Of a stretch of DNA of 64,000 bases, positions 63,116 through 64,000 are shown piece after piece. The DNA lies in the NCBI GenBank assembly GCA_963790305.1, contig CAWBOC010000009.1, forward strand, positions 736,001-800,000, written 5' to 3'. Position numbers and translations under genes: made by a program. Numbering within the stretch: position 1 is the stretch's first letter; every line of letters begins with the position of its first letter. Under the pieces are notes generated by a model. The model saw only the letters and a list, made by a program, of their open reading frames with translations, was not told the DNA's origin and did not search any database. This DNA is from an uncultured Gemmatimonadaceae bacterium. Its GTDB lineage: Bacteria > Gemmatimonadota > Gemmatimonadetes > Gemmatimonadales > Gemmatimonadaceae.

Positions 63116-64000
63116 GCCGGTCCCCGGGCGATGAACAGCTTGAGACGGCGCAGGCGGCCCTCCGAGCGGGCGATGGCGATGTAGACACCGTTTCGAACGG
63201 CGGACGCGATGTCCCACATGACCGTCGTCGCGCCCCCCTGGACCGATGTCGCCCACACCAGGCGTCCGGCGAAGTCGAAGACACGCACGTCGCCGCCCCC
63301 GTCGCCAAAGGGCCACGTGAGAATGCACGACACTCGATCGCACCGGATTACTCGAGGGACGCAGCTCCCCATCCACCCGCACGACCGTCGCGGCACCGTG
63401 CGCAGCGACCAGGATCTCGTCGAGCCACCACCCCGTCTGCGCCGAGAAGAACTGCGCGACGAACTCGATCATGATCGTTCGGCCCGCGAGCCCCGTCATG
63501 ACCACGCGCTCCGGGTAGTACACCGGCGCACGTCCCGAGACGACTCCCGTCGTCACCCACGACGCCCCCGAATCCACCGAGAGGCGAACTTCCCCGCGCG
63601 GATCGAGGCTGAAGCCATTGCCCAGGTACCGGGTCCAGAAGAGCACGGACACGGTGTCGATGTTCGCGGGGACGTGAATCAGGGGCGACCGAAGGCGACC
63701 CACCGCGGCATGCCAGGCCGACCGCCCGCTCACGCGCTGCGGCACCACCGTGAAGCCGTTAGGCACCCAGCCCGTCTCGTTGGCTTCGGCGCCGGTCGAC
63801 GCGAGAACGGTGAGGTCGAGCGCGGTCTCGCCGGCGACGATCGTCGCGCGCACCGGCCGGACCACGGTGTCGCTCTCCATGCGCACCATGTACGCTCCAG
63901 CATCCTCGCTCTGGTGCACCGGCACCGTCCCGCGCGTCTGCACCGTGGTCTGCGTCGCCAGATCGCGAGGAACGCGCACGCGAACGATCGGAGACAGCGA
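63112..64000 (-). CDS. C-terminal part of large secreted protein (beta-sandwich + FlgD-Ig-like tail), frameshift at about 63325
   Basis: LRSPLI..FWTRY..LSVDSGASW..GWWLDEI; tail SNPVR..ILTWPF..VRVFDFAGRLV..WD..NGVY split across frames. Confidence 0.7.

Noticed and set aside
62735..63979. Novel secreted-protein-AcpS fusion shown in ORF track
   Set aside because: Explained by the frameshift at about 63325; acpS has its own GTG overlapping the upstream TGA.

Overview
High-GC, gene-dense bacterial chromosomal window. Gene style (many Hanks kinases, TonB receptor with N-terminal Ig-like domain, AgmX/PglI-like protein, frequent GTGA/ATGA overlaps) suggests Gemmatimonadota; this is an inference. Main content: two Ser/Thr kinases; a Gfo/Idh/MocA + DUF1080 pair beside gluconate genes (gntP/gntK/gnd); glgC-glgA; a complete 2-aminobenzoyl/salicylyl-CoA (abm-like) operon; a GcvT + two phytoene-dehydrogenase-like flavoproteins + Rieske oxygenase cluster of unknown substrate; an M16 zinc protease; a cytochrome c-FTR1 permease; acpS. 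No rRNA, tRNA, CRISPR array, transposase or integrase was recognised. The most striking non-coding signal is eight intergenic elements, each built from two inverted arrays of short tandem units (four 9-mer families and one 7-mer family). One element (GAGGCGCTA arrays) encloses a four-helix-bundle (23S-IVP/Avd-like) gene, and an empty version with the same arrays lies 10 kb away. Three single-base frameshifts may be assembly errors. Product calls come from motif recognition by eye, with no database searches, and many start codons are best estimates.
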